This document shows, piece by piece, positions 1 to 13,300 of a stretch of 64,000 bases of DNA. Positions within the stretch are counted from its first letter, which is position 1. Each line of letters starts with the position of its first letter. Source of the stretch: Euglena gracilis (taxonomy: Eukaryota); NCBI GenBank assembly GCA_039621445.1, contig CP154954.1, positions 49,889,847 through 49,953,846 on the forward strand, in the 5' to 3' direction. The notes under the pieces are model-generated. The model had not been told where the DNA came from. It made no database searches and saw only the letters and a list, made by a program, of their open reading frames with translations. The translations under genes were made by a program, and so were the position numbers.

Positions 1-2754
1 ACATGCTCCCTGGCTACTGCAACGGTTGACAAGGGTGTTAAAGATGACGGAATGCAACACAGGGACCCCAAGCAGGCACCCTCTCAGCAACACGAGGATT
101 GGTGTTGGCAAGAGGCCGATAGGGATAAGAGTCCGACCACTGAACCACAGTGGCACGGCTGACACGGCCAGCCCAAAGAGTTGACCGTCTCCAAAAGAGA
201 CAAACAAACATCCAGCAACAGGATGAGCAGAACATTTCGTTGTTGTGCCAAGGGATCAAGAAATGCTGGAGGCTCAACGACGTGTCCCATTCATCCCAAT
301 GCAATGATGGATTGCCTGATCTTTCATGGATAACGGCATCCACCTCCAATAACTGGAAGATTTGGGCCGGCTGGCAATTTTATTTTGAAACATTCGGACG
401 CTTTTGCTGCCTTGACTGCTTTTGGTCACAATCGTTTGACCAAGATTTCCGCCATTTCATAATTTTGGCCATGGTTAGTCATTTTCGGTCACTATTAATA
501 TCACTCCCGGCCACTCTTGCGTGCTTTATGCTGTTTTTGAGTGTTGTTGGTCTCTTCACCAACTTTTGGCCGCTTTTGCTGCTTTCGACTGCTTTTTGGC
601 CTTTTTGCTGACGGTGTGGCCACTTTTGCTGCTTCCAGCTTGTTGCACACAGGGTTGTTGCAGACGACATGGATCTGTAGCATCACAACTGCTGGCGATG
701 TTGTCAACACATGAATCTCTGGTACATAAATATTAACTCTGAGAATAGAAAAAAAAACATCTGGGAAATAATACATTGGCGTTGGAAATGGTTGAATGTC
801 ATGAAAACTGCCCACATGCACCATTCCTTTAATACAATACCATCCAGAAAATAATTTCAACGAGATGTTGCCAATGCCAAGCTTCTTTTGATCTCTAATT
901 AATTCTGCATGAAAAAAAAACAGGAAAACTTGACAACGTTTTGATTTTTTGGACTATCTCACGGTGATATTGATGGTGATCTCAATGGTGATATTACATC
1001 CTTCCATCCAGAGTGGTGGGGTATCTGGCAAGAAGATAACAACGACAAACAACAAATAAACAAATCCCAAATGCGTATAGCACATTGCCCCCCACCCAGG
1101 TTCTGAGCACTAGTATGGCTGGAATAATGCCAGCTCAATGCAGACCCTATGAAGGGGGGGGGTTGAAAAATTTGGGATACCAGCTGGCCAGGGTATTATT
1201 TAAGCCTGAAAACCCTTAAAAACCCTTAAAAACCATTGTAAAAGTTTTGGCCAAAATGCCCAAAAAACCTTTAAAAAAGTAAAGGGGGTAGGTTCAAAAA
1301 CCACTCGATGCTGCCAGCAGATGTCCCTGTCACATCCTGAACGGCAGAAGGCACCGTTGGATACTGAACACCAAGCAAATTGGACAGAGGCGCAGCGACT
1401 TGGAAAGCGAATGGGGCAGAAATGCTCGCATGGGTGCCTGTGGGCGTCACATTTTCAACACTCAGGGTCTGAGGGTGCTTGTACAGCTACCGCCAGCGGG
1501 GGTTCTTTTTATTTGATTCAAAAACAACACTTTTCCATCGCACAGGCCCGTCTAATTAATAATAATAAAAAACGAAACCAAGCCGGAAAAACCTACCCGC
1601 CCCCCCGGGCAATTGTCGTGCGACAAATCGGGCAGCACGGAGGGGGGTGACAATTTCCAGGGGGGTGACAATTGCCTGGGGGTGTCAATTATCAGGGGGG
1701 GGGGGGGCGGGTAAAAAGAAATCCGAGGAAGGATGCAGGCAGGAGCGCAATAAAAAATGCCTTGGTTGGAAATTGGTCATCCGAGACCAGCCGCAGCCGC
1801 CCCAATTGCAACCACGCAAGGCCAAACCGTGGCTGCCAGTGAGGCCGGCCACGGTCGGCTTCAGCCAGACGGGAAAGCAGGAGGGCGAGCTCACCGCTTG
1901 CAATCGATGGGAAATTGGGGAATGCAGGGTGACGGCATCGAACGCGCCTGGGGAGTTTCCAAGCCGCTGCAGTGGTTGAAGAAGAGGAAGAAGAAGAAAA
2001 AGAAAGACGAGGCACCACACCCCCCAATGGGGGGTGCGGGCAATGGGGGGGGGGGTGGAGATGGTCAAGTAAGTGCAAGGGTAAACAATTTTCGATCCGG
2101 GGGGGATATGCAGAGACATGGGTGGCCATGCCGAATAGAAATCTGCAAAAGACTGGCTCCGTTGCCATCCATTGCAGCACAGAGGCCGCTGGAAAGAAGC
2201 AGTGTGGCGTACAAACCCGACCCCATCAAGGCGAGCAGCACATGAACACCCTGAAGCAGGATGGGTATCCTGGTGGGAAAAAAATGAGTTAAAATTCACA
2301 ACAATCCAACAAACTATGCCAACTATTGCCCCAGAAATGTGCTGTTGACAAGGGGGGGGGGTGCCAACGGCACGATGGGTCTCAGACAAAAGACGTGTCT
2401 CAGACAAAATACGTTCAAAATGTGTCAAAAATGTGGCTTGTGATGAAAACACGCACAAAAAATTGAATTGAATTTTGAAAAAAGGGTAAAAATATGAGGC
2501 AGCCTCAGTCTGACCCCCCATGGGGTCCCAGTGTGTGGCGGGGTGGGTCGTCATCGGTCCCATTTGTAAACCCCCCAAATCCAAGACACCCTAAATATAC
2601 ACACACCCCTTCCAGGGAAGCGCCAACAGGCACAAAACAAAAAATGAACGTTTACATTTTTTTTTAAAAAAATAAGGCAAAACGAGGGCAAAATTGTCCC
2701 CCCCCACAAATGAAAACCCCCTAAAATTTTTAAAACTGGTCTTTGGTCTGCCCT

Positions 2755-2813
2755 CAGGGTTGACGTTTTTTTTTGTTTTTTTTTAAAAAAAAACATGTTT
2801 TTTTAAAAAAAAC

Positions 2814-2872
<59 letters not shown>

Positions 2873-3436
2873 AAAAAATAAAAAAAAAAAAAATAAAAAA
2901 AAAAAATATAAATAAAAAAAAAAAAAAAAAATAAAAAATAAGAAAAATAAAAAAAAAAATTTTTTTTGAAAAAGCAAAAATTGACCTTTTTCCTTGCGAA
3001 ATCGCCATTTTTTGAGGAAAAATTTTCTGGTGTGGTTCGGGTCACGGGGGGGGGGGTCACGGGGGGGTCACGAGGGAACACCACATTTTCGGTGGGCAAA
3101 TTAGGAATCACCGAAAACGAATTTTGGGGGGGAAATCATTTTTGGCTCCAAATTAGGAATCCCCCAACCTAAAATTAGTATTTTGCAAATTAGGCATCAC
3201 CAGTCTAAATTTTGCAAAATTTGTGCCTCAAAATTAGGATTTTACCTGAATATTTTGTCAAATTAGGCATCACCGGCAAAATATTTTTCAAAAAAACATT
3301 GCAAAAAAATTTTCCGCCAAACCCTCCATGACGTTTTTTTGTTTTTTTAAAAAAACATATTTTTTTTTAAAAAAACATATTTTTTTTAAAAAAAAACATG
3401 TTTTTTTTGTTTCAAAAAAACAAGCCGTCAACCTTG
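2755..3436. mobile_element. hAT-like MITE
   Basis: TIR CAGGGTTGACG/CGTCAACCTTG; perfect 8-bp TSD tctgccct. Confidence 0.8.
2815..2960. repeat. Poly-A tract (possibly partly sequencing noise)
   Basis: About 55 pure A, then A interrupted by T. Confidence 0.85.
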
Positions 3437-4391
3437 TCTGCCCTATCTTTAAAAATCTTGTCGAGGATACAAATTTTTGCTAGTAAAAGCCGATTTCCTA
3501 TCAGAAATCGGGAAAAACCCTGAAGAGAAATTGCCAAATTGCAAATTTTGAAAAAAAAGGCATATTGAAGTAAATTTGAAACAAAAATGCAAAAAAAGCA
3601 CCCAGGTTTCCTTGTGAAACGTTCAAAAAATGACTGGAACTCATTTCGCCTTTTATTTCAGGTTCGTGAGGGAAAATTGGAGAAAGGGAAAAAATTGTGG
3701 GAAAATTGCAATAATTACAGAAAAAATGTGGTCAAATCCCCCCTGCTTCTGTGCCTTTGTGGCATGTTGACAGGGAATGTTTACCGTTGTCAAAACCTTC
3801 ATCCCGAAATGTGATAAATATGCTGTGGCATTACGAAGTCGTGACATTCAAGGTATTGTGTGATTTGCCACCAAGTATGACATAACTCCAAAATACTCTC
3901 GCTTCGGAAAAAAAAACGCTCTTGCAATGCAGGTGTTCCTCTTTTGAACAGAAAGGCTTTACCAAGCTCGACCATTTTCTCATTCATGTTCGAAAGATTA
4001 AATGATGAAATACCCAACCAAACCATATATAGAACCCCCACAAATTTTGAACCAGGCCGCCTTCATGGACAAAACTTAGCAAAGAAATCAACTCCATTCC
4101 CTTGAGTAACTGCAGCCAAAACAAGGTGTGAAGGAGGTGAACTTCTGGTTCCGGATTTGTAATATTTAAAAAAAGGTGGCTGCATTGATATTCTTCACTC
4201 TCGCTTCGCTCCACAACAGTCAACTGCCGCGGGGGGTCGAGGGGTATACAAGTCAGGAGTAGTGCGTGCCGGGGAACGCTGCTCAGCAAGAGGAGCTCTC
4301 CCCGCTCCCTCCGACCCCCCCCCCCCCCCCCCCCACCTCCTCCAACCCCCCCTCCCCCCCCCCCCCCCCACCCCCCCCTCCCCCCCCCCTG

Positions 4392-7300
4392 TCAGATGGG
4401 GAGGTCGGGCGCGGCCAGGGATGTACAGGAAAGACTGGTGGGGGGGGGGTTGGGGTTGACTGTCAGCCACCAAAGGAAAAAGGAATCATTTTTTAAGACG
4501 CCTTAAAAAAAACCTTAAAATGCCTCAAAATTGCCTTAATCGTTGCTTTTGACCCCAAAAAACGGCGCCGCCAGAAAAACGGGAAATCGTGGTGGGATGG
4601 GGTTGGACCCCCCCCCAACCCACCACCCGTGGGGGTTCGGGGATTCCCGGACAGCCCGGACTGCGGCGGAGGGGGAGCGGCTGGTGGGGGATGGCAAGGC
4701 GCACGCCCGAAGGGTGTGGCGGGCTTGGGGGCAGCAGTGCCACCGGCGCCCCGGGAGGGGGTTCGCCCATCGTCGGGAGCCGAACGACACCCCCCGCGCC
4801 ACTGGCAGTGTGGCGGATGGGGAGGACGCGGATGCGAATTCCGGGGAAGAGTCGAAATACCGAGGGCACAACAAACCGCAGGCAGAGCACAGACAAGACC
4901 AGACTTTCATTGAGCACCGCAGCGAACTATTCCGCGATGCAAAAGATATTCTTGCCGCGGTGCACGTGGCGCACAGAAAGAAATCTTCCGCGGCGCACGC
5001 AGTCACAAAAAGTTTGGTGCCGCGGCGCAGAAAATTTTTTTCCGCGGCGCACTAAATGAAAGTCAGGATTCTGGGGGCAATGTGATGCCCCTGATTCTGA
5101 TTCTCAATGTGCTCCCTCTTCAGGGTAAAGCCAGGTGGGGGGTGCTGTGGGGGGGGGGGAGCTGGAGACACCCACCTCGAACCCTGGCCCCCTTCCAGAA
5201 TGATTTCTTCCAAGCCAGAATTGCAACTAACAACAAACAGAATTACAACAAAAGGAGCGGGGCAATGGCTGTGGGGCGTTTCACCGACACAGATTTTTGG
5301 GGGATGACAGCAGGGCTGTGCGGGAAGGCCTGATGGGGGGGGGTCGGACCCCCCTCCAACCAGGATGGGGATGGGGGGGGGGTTCGACCCCCCAACCCAC
5401 CATAAGGTTGTGGGGATTCCCATGCAGCCCTGGATGTCAGGGGGGGGGATTTGGTGCCAGAGTGAATTGGAGGCAAAAAAATGGGGAAAAAATTGGAGAC
5501 GGCAAAAATTGGCTGTCCGAGCCAAAAGAGCAAGAACATATTTGGCAGGGTTTCAGGCAAAAACAATTGGAAAAAAATAGGCAAAGCGCAAAACAATGGC
5601 TGACCTCGCCCCCGGTAGGGGTCCCAGGCTGGAGCTGGGCCCGGGGTCGAACCGGGCACCAAAAAAATTGAAATTTCAGAAAATATCAACAATTATACAA
5701 AAAATCGATTTTTTTTGACCCCAAATTTGTCCTGGCCAGCACTTTTCTGACCCATTTTCGCCCATTTTTGGCCCATTTTTGCACCCCCGAAAGCAAACAA
5801 ACAATCCGTTTCCGTCCAGCTGCCCGAAGGGCAGCTGGAAAAAGCAGAACTTGTTGATGGCTGCTGGTTGGCGTACCCCCCCCCCCCTGGGTGGTGGGGT
5901 CAAATCTTCTTTAGCAACTCCATGCCCTCTGAAGATCAGATAGCACCAGACAGGCAGAGACCCTAAGACCTGAGCTGCTGAATGGCCGGAAAACACATTT
6001 TTTGTGCACACCACCCATGGGTGCCCAACGGTGGCCCTGCTGGGCTGGAGAGGTCGGCCTCCAGCGCCTGCAGCGCGGGAGGGACCGGTTCAGCGCTCTC
6101 GGGGCGGGGCGGGGGGACGCCGGGGCCGGTGGGCCCAACCAGGGGACTCCTCCCCCTCCTGGGAAGTGGTCGCCAGCCCATTCAGTATGCACAAGTCCAC
6201 GTGACAACTTCCCAGGTGGGACAGCGTCAACCATATTGGGGCAGGGTAGGAAATGAGTGGGGAGAGGGGGGGGGGGTTGGACCAGGCCCCTGGTCGGCCC
6301 TGGTTGGCCAAACAGTCGGCCATGGGTGGGGGGGGTCAGCAAATAAAAAAGAGGCACACACCCCGACCATGCAATACATTTTCAAGCACTTTTGCCCACT
6401 GTTGGCCGTATTTTGCATACTGTTCCTCACACTTGGCCTCTTTTGGCCACTCTTATGGCGGGATCTGGCTGTTTTTGCCCATTTTTGGCTGTGTTTAGCA
6501 TTTTTCCCACTTTTGGCTGCTGTGAGCTTCTTTTGGTTGCTTTTAACCACCCTTGGTTAATTTTTTTTGCCACTTTTGGCCACTTTCGGCTTTCTCGCCC
6601 ATTTTTTTTGGCCACTTTTGCCTGCGTCCACTGCTTTTTGGCCACTTTTGGTCAATAGTGACTGCTTCTGGCCTCGTTTGGGCACTTTTGGCTGATTTGA
6701 GCCATCGGAAGCAACTTTTGGCCACTTTGGAGCATTTTTTGCCCACTTAACGCGACTTGAGGCTGCTTCTGCTGTTTTTTTTTTTTGACTTTTGGTCCTC
6801 TTGGCCTCTTCACTTGCATCTTCCTTGAGTTGGTGGGAATGGGCAAAAAAATGGGCAAAAGTGGGCCAAAAGTGGATAGAAGTGTAGGGGAGATGGGCAA
6901 CAGTGGCAAAAATGCCCAAAAAAAGACTGCAGGCCAGGAAGAACTTGTCCACCATTACCATGGAAATGATCGGCAAACAAATGGTAACATCGGCCCGAGT
7001 TGGCCCTAGTCGGCCCTCATCAGATCCCTCACATATGGGAGTCCTGAAAATCATGGTCACCCCTGGTCGAACCTGGTGGTCGGTTGGGAGGTGCTAGGTG
7101 TGCCCCCCCCCACCCCCATGAACAGGGCTGTACAAAAAAAGGCCTGGTGATGGGGGGGGGGGTCACCCCCACCCACCATCACACCCAAATAAGGAAAATT
7201 TTGACCTAAAAATCGGCGCTCCCGGAAACAGGGGAATGCCATGTTGGAGGGGGTTCGGACCCCCCCCTGCCACCAGAATGGGGGTGGGGGGGTGGGGTGG

Positions 7301-10300
7301 TCGACCCCCACACACCACCCATGAAGAGGGGGGTCGGACCCCCCCGGAAATATATATATTATATTATATATTATTATATATATATTATATATATATTATA
7401 TATTATATATATTCTATATACACATACATATATATACATATATATGTACATATATATATATATATATGTTTTGGCCCGTGTTTCTTTTAAAAATAGTACG
7501 CAAAAACGCGATTTTCGGGCCTTGTCAAAGGCCCAAAATTTTTCACCGTACACCAAAAACTTCATCTCTGTACTTGGTTTCCGGGGGGAGTCCCAGACCC
7601 CTGGTCTGAAGGGGGGACCCCCCCCGTACAAAACCAGTGCTCACTGAATACCCTGCATGGGGTGACAAGCAGGATGTTGGGGGAGGGGATTATTTGGTTG
7701 GTCCATCCGAGAGGGGGGGGGGGTGTAAACGAGGGGTTTGCTTGGCTGATTTACCACCTGAAATTGGCTGAGATTGGCTGGTTTTCCACCGGAAAACAAC
7801 CCCTCCTTGGAGCAAGGCAAAGCACAATGAAAAAAAGATGTCCTGAGTGTGCAGCACTTTAGCAAGCAAACAGTTTCCAGTCGAAAAAATGGCCTTATTT
7901 TTGCAAAAAAAAATGTGTCAACTTTTAGAGAGAAAATGATTTCTGGATCCTTGGACATTTGCCCAGCCACCCAAAAAGTGTGTTTTGCGGCCTTTTATTT
8001 CTGGGCTCCGTTTGACGCCCTTGGACAGACTAAGGCTGGCCCTTTGGCCCAAGGGTGGTTCTTACAGGGCAATACAATTTAAGAAAATCCCCGTCCCGTA
8101 CACACCGCCTGGGGGTGATCAAAGAAAGCCCAAATCCAGCGGGACTTTGAGAAAGAGTCTTCAAAAATGGTAAAAATGGTTTAAAAAATGGCGTTTCTTG
8201 TGGTTTTACCCATGTTTTAGGTTAAAGAAATCCAATGTTTGTGGGCTCAGTGAACTGTCCCATCGTTTCACCAGCGGACCCCTGGTGGGGAAGGGGGGGG
8301 GATCCGGCGTGAGAAGTCCCCTGGGCCCCACAGGGTTGGGGGCGGTGCGGGCGTACAGAGGGGTGACGTGGGCCGGGCAGGGCAAGGGGTTGACGGACGA
8401 GGAGGGGGAGGGGGGGAGGGAGCGCTAGACAGGCTCCCCAGGAAACAATGTCACATTTTGGGGGTCCCGGTGCAGGGTTGCTGTCCTGTGCGGTCAACGC
8501 CTGATTGTGGCACCGGCTCGGCCGCCCGCAGGGAGGGAGGCGGATCGGGAGCGCTCACCGCACCGTGCCCCTTCTGCGCGGCGGCGGACACGGGGATGAG
8601 GTGCGGGGCCAGTGGGGGGGCGGGGGACGGGAGCGCCCCACTGCAACGATGCATCCCTCGCATCTCCGCCATTGTTGCATGCGGTTCTCACTTTTACTCG
8701 CAGCACCCACACAAAACACGATTGAAAACTGTTGAAGATCAGCGCAAAATGACAACGATCGGGGCCGGGGATTTGCGTATCCTCCGAATAATAATAAGCA
8801 TGTCTCCGGGTCGCGATGAGGGTGGCAGGGCACCGTTTCGTAATCCGGCATCGGCTTCCTCCCGCAATCTTCCTCCCCCAGTCCAGGGCAGCGGGGCGGC
8901 CATGGAAGGGGGGATCCCCAACATTGGCAACGCTGGCTGGGCAATGACGTAGAGGGCAGGGGCCGCCACCCACTGCACGAGTTGGCCAACGGGAGAAGAC
9001 CGGTTTGCCTCGGGGGTGTTGTCCGTGGGGAGAGGCACGTTCCTCGCACGTCCCAGCCCCCAGGCTTTGGTTCAAACCACGTGGAGGAGTGTGCTCCCCA
9101 TTTGCAAGCACCTATGACAGATTCCAAATTTTAGCCCGCGGTCGGCTGCGGTCGGCCGCGGTCGGATGCGGTCGGCTGCGGTCGGCCGCGGTCGGCTGCG
9201 GTCGGCTGCGGTCGGATGCGGTCGGCAGCGGTCGGCAAAGTAGTTGGCTGTAGGTGGGGGGCAGGCCAACAAAAAATGAGCATATATCACAATCACACAA
9301 TCCACTGTTGCCAACTTTTGGCCACTTTTTGATGCTTCTGGAGTGCTTTTGGCCACTGTTGCCGACTTTTGGTCGATTTTTGCTGCCTTTGCCCATTATT
9401 TCCTGCCTTTTGCTTTGTTATGGTCACTTTTGTTGCTTTTGCCCACTTTTTTGCTGTGTTTTGGCTGCTTTTGGACAGCTTTTGCTTTACCTTGACCTCT
9501 TTTGACCACTTTTGGCCTCTTTAACCCACTTTTGACCACTTTTCTCTGCTTTTGGCCATTTTTACCTACTTCTGGCCACTTTCAGGCCACTTTAAACGTC
9601 GTTTTGTTGCCTTTGACATCAAGAGCAGTCAAACGTCACCTAAAAATGGCCTAAAAGTGGCAAAACATGGTTAAAATGGCCAAAAGTTCCAAAAGTAGGC
9701 AAAAATAACAAAAAAAATGCCCAAAAATGGCCCAAAATGACCCTGCTTTTGGCCGATTTGGGTCACTTCAGCAGCTTTTGTTCACTTTTGGCAACAAACT
9801 GGCACAAAATGCTCAAAATGGTCAAATTGGACCAAAAAGAGACAAAAAAAATGGGCAAAAATAACAAAAGAAATGGTCGAAAATGGCTTTAAATGGTTAA
9901 AAATGGCCCTAAATGGCCCAAAATGGCCCAAGAGCAGGACAAAATGGCCCAAAATTAACAGAAGTGGGCAAAAAGTGCCAAAAATGGTCAAAATAGGTCA
10001 AAATGGGTGAATTATGGTGGCAAAGGGGCCAAAGGGGGACAAAAGCGACCAAAAATGGCCAAAAGTGGCCAAAAGTAGCAACATGAGCCAGATGAGCCAG
10101 AAAAATCTCAACATCTGGGATAAAAATGAGCCCAATTCCTCATTCTCACTGAAAAATTGACATCAATTAGAAAAAAGTTGCGCGGTCGGCTGCGGTCGGC
10201 TGCGGTCGGCTGCGGTCGGCACCCCACCTATGACAGTCCTGAAACCCGCGGTCGGCCGCGGTCGGCTGCGGTCGGCTGCGGTCGGCTGCGGTCGGCTGCG

Positions 10301-13300
10301 GTCGGCATAGGTGCCTGCCCATTTGGTCAAAGATGGAATGGGGGGGGGGGGTCACTCTCCCATCCTAAAATGAGCATAATCAAAACGGTTGACAATTTGC
10401 GAAGCCGAAAAAAAACCCTCAAAATCAACAAAAATGAATTTTGGAGAACTAGTTGGGAAAAAACGTCAAACAAAAAGACCGTCACAGCGCTGGAGGAAAA
10501 CTTCAATTCTTTTTTGGAATATCTGACGCATATTCATGGGATCCCTCTCTGGCTGCTATTTATTAAGGCTGCTATCAAATATATCACTCCCCACCTAAAT
10601 AGCAAACGAGAATGAGTGGTGTTCTTTTCATTGGGAGCCTCTGGCCGGGGTGCAGCTTGCTGCACTTCTGGCCGAACTTGCACTGCCCCGTCATGGCCCA
10701 CACCTCACACACCTGCCGGCCGGCCTGGGCCTGCACCACACCATGGCTTCCTGACCTGCCAGGGGTCACTTAACTTTCAACACACGACTCAGTTAATTCG
10801 ACACTCCATCCCTCCTGGAGGGGGGGGGGTTGGTGCCACTACATAAGACCCAGAATTGATGCAGCATGACTGTTTTGTTCAGTAACTCAACGCCCTCATT
10901 GCCAGCTAAAAGCCACAATAACGCCCACTCCAGGGAGACCTAGAGGGGGCTCAGTGCAAATGTGAGAAAAACAACAAAACAAAACTAGTCAGTCAGTAAA
11001 CCCCCCCCAAAAAATAAGACCCCCCCCAAAAATAAGACCCCCCCTGGGCCGATCGAGCAAGAATCCAAAAATAAGACCCCTCCCATAAATAAGACCCCCC
11101 TTGACGGCGCGAAGCGCCGGGGACGGTGAAAATCTTCCCTGAAAAATTACCAAAAACCCCAATTTCATACACAAAAATGATGAAATTTCAGAAAATTTCA
11201 GATTCTTGAAGTGGAAAAAACATGGTAAATGTCAAATTACACCATTTTACACATGGCGCGAAGCGCCGAAGGAAAAATTTTAGCACTCTCGGGAACCTGA
11301 AAAATGGTGTTTTTTCGGGCCCGGGTCGGTCAAGAAAAAATCCAAAAATAAGACCCCCCCAAAAATAAGACCCCCCCCTGGAGGCTTCCAGCAACGGACC
11401 CAAAAATAAGACCCGGGTCTTATTTTTGGGGGGGGGGGGTTTAGGGCGGGGGTACTTCGAAATATGCGATGCAAAAACGCAAAAAATGCAAATATAAGAA
11501 GACGTAAATCTCTTAAAATTTACAGTTTCTCCAAGACCCGGGTTGTGTTTTCTGTTGGAAAAAGCTTTACTCTCACCCCCCCCCAAGCGCAATGAACACT
11601 AAAATGACAATCTGGACAGTCTTCGGAGAACACAGGGGTTGAGAGAGAGCAAAGGGGTTGGCTGACAGGCTTTCTTAAGGACCCCGGTCCACTGCTAAGC
11701 CATTTTGTTAGACACTGGAAAAAATGGACCGGGTATTCCCCCTCCCCCCCCCCCAGGGTTGTATGGGAATCTCTGGGGGGGGGGGATCCCCCCTCCTACC
11801 TCCAGTTTTCGGTCGCCGAAAATTTCGGCCGCTTTTTGGGTAAAAAGATCGATTTTTTTGAAATTTCTCAAAAAATGGTGGGGAATCAAAAGAATGGGGG
11901 GGACACTGGACTGGTAATGGCTAATTGTGAATAAAAAGCACATGGTGTGTGGTAATAATTTATTTTCCTTTGAAGGCTTGGTTAGACTGCTTCATTCACA
12001 CGTGGACATGTGGACTTTGAAGACTGACTTGCACCAAGTTGCAATTGTAGGGGCACAATGTTCAGGCAAGAGCTCTGTCTTAGAGAGCCGAGTTGGGAGA
12101 TATTTCCTGCCCTGAGTTTCGACATCCCAAAATTCCAAACGCCCCCTGTTCATTGCACAAGGGCGTTCATTGGATGTGGGGGGGGTCAGGTAACTGAGTT
12201 ATTTTAATTTCATAAAGCAAAACACTTTGAATAATCATTCGCAATCTTTTGAAGCCAAAAATGCATGATGAAAAGGGTGCCTTTCGTGTTTTTTTTATAA
12301 AAAAAACCAAAAAAATGGGGAAAAAGACAGAGAAAAGCAGTGCAAACTTATCCTCGGGGTTTGTTGCGGAGTTGCATGGAATTATACTTCATTTCAAACA
12401 GCAACTCATTCAGATCAACAAATCAACAAAAGCTTTCAAAGCATTGTTGAACCATTACAAAAACGCAGATTGCACAACTGGCATACCTCCCGCCTGCAGT
12501 CAGCCAGCCATGTGCCCCCACCGCTTTGTGGGGACCCCAAGACGTGGTGTGGTCTGCACCGCGCCGGACAGCAGCTGGTAGTCCGAGAGGTCCGGGTGGG
12601 GGAACCGGCACCGGGGGGACTGCCCCCGCCTCTGCCCAACCTCACCCCCCCCCCAGGCACTTGGCCCGGGCCATGACTGAAAAGCCAACCTTGCGGAGCC
12701 AAGTTCGCATTTTAAGATTTTTTTTGCAGGCCTGGGCATGATTGAAGGGAAGGCCAGGGGCCAACCTTTCGGCGCTAAACTTGCTGATGTTGAGAATTCT
12801 GGCGGCCATATGGGCAAAGGCCGAACAGGGGCAGGCAAATGGCACTGGCACATATACACAATTTCCCCCCCTTAATGTTCAAGGGTCAAATGTGGCATGT
12901 TTTCCTTCAACATTTGACACATTTTTTCAAGTCCCCCTGCACTTGCCCCCCCCCTGACTTTCATGCTATTTGTCCCTCTAACAGTTGGCCAGCAAGGGAG
13001 AACTCATTGGACGAATGGGTTGTTGGTAAAAGCTCTTCAAAAACGGGGGTTTTCAACGAAGATGGCAAACAACTGAAAGAACGCAAATGCACTGGGTTGC
13101 TGAGCAAAATGACCTGGGGCCAGAGAGAGAGAGAGACAGATAGACAGACAGAGAGAGAGTGAGAGAGGGAGACAACTTCCCCTCCCCCTTTAATGGACAC
13201 TGAAAGGACAACACGAGACATCATTGGGCGTGTGTTGTATGGCAGTTGTGTTGCTGAAAGGTGGCAAACTAGACGGTCCTGACACCCGGTTCTTTAGACA

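Larger units (their letters stand above)
10732..12554 (-). mobile_element. Nonconventional intron = 8-bp-TSD TIR element (10737-12551) between the two zinc fingers, private to paralog 1
   Basis: TIR CACACCA(T/C)G(G/T)CTT; TSD gcctgcac (10729-10736)/gtctgcac (12552-12559). Removal restores GAVQAQAG as in the empty site of copies 2-4. Confidence 0.85.

Noticed and set aside
1790-1980. Conserved downstream block for paralog 1
   Set aside because: Only faint similarity (CGGCTTCAGCCAGACGGGAA) to the invariant 17-mer; not supportable by eye.
4300-4390. Poly-Pro/Gly coding segment or special G-quadruplex locus
   Set aside because: G/C homopolymers are ubiquitous here and this tract may be noisy sequence; no specific support.
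9137-10306. (GCGGTCGGCT)n and GCGG-N4-CCGC arrays as CRISPR arrays
   Set aside because: No constant-length repeat/unique-spacer structure, no cas genes, eukaryotic context; they are subterminal repeats of TIR elements.
11927-12115. Functional dynamin gene
   Set aside because: In-frame stop at a conserved Arg, substitutions in invariant positions, and no other exons seen.
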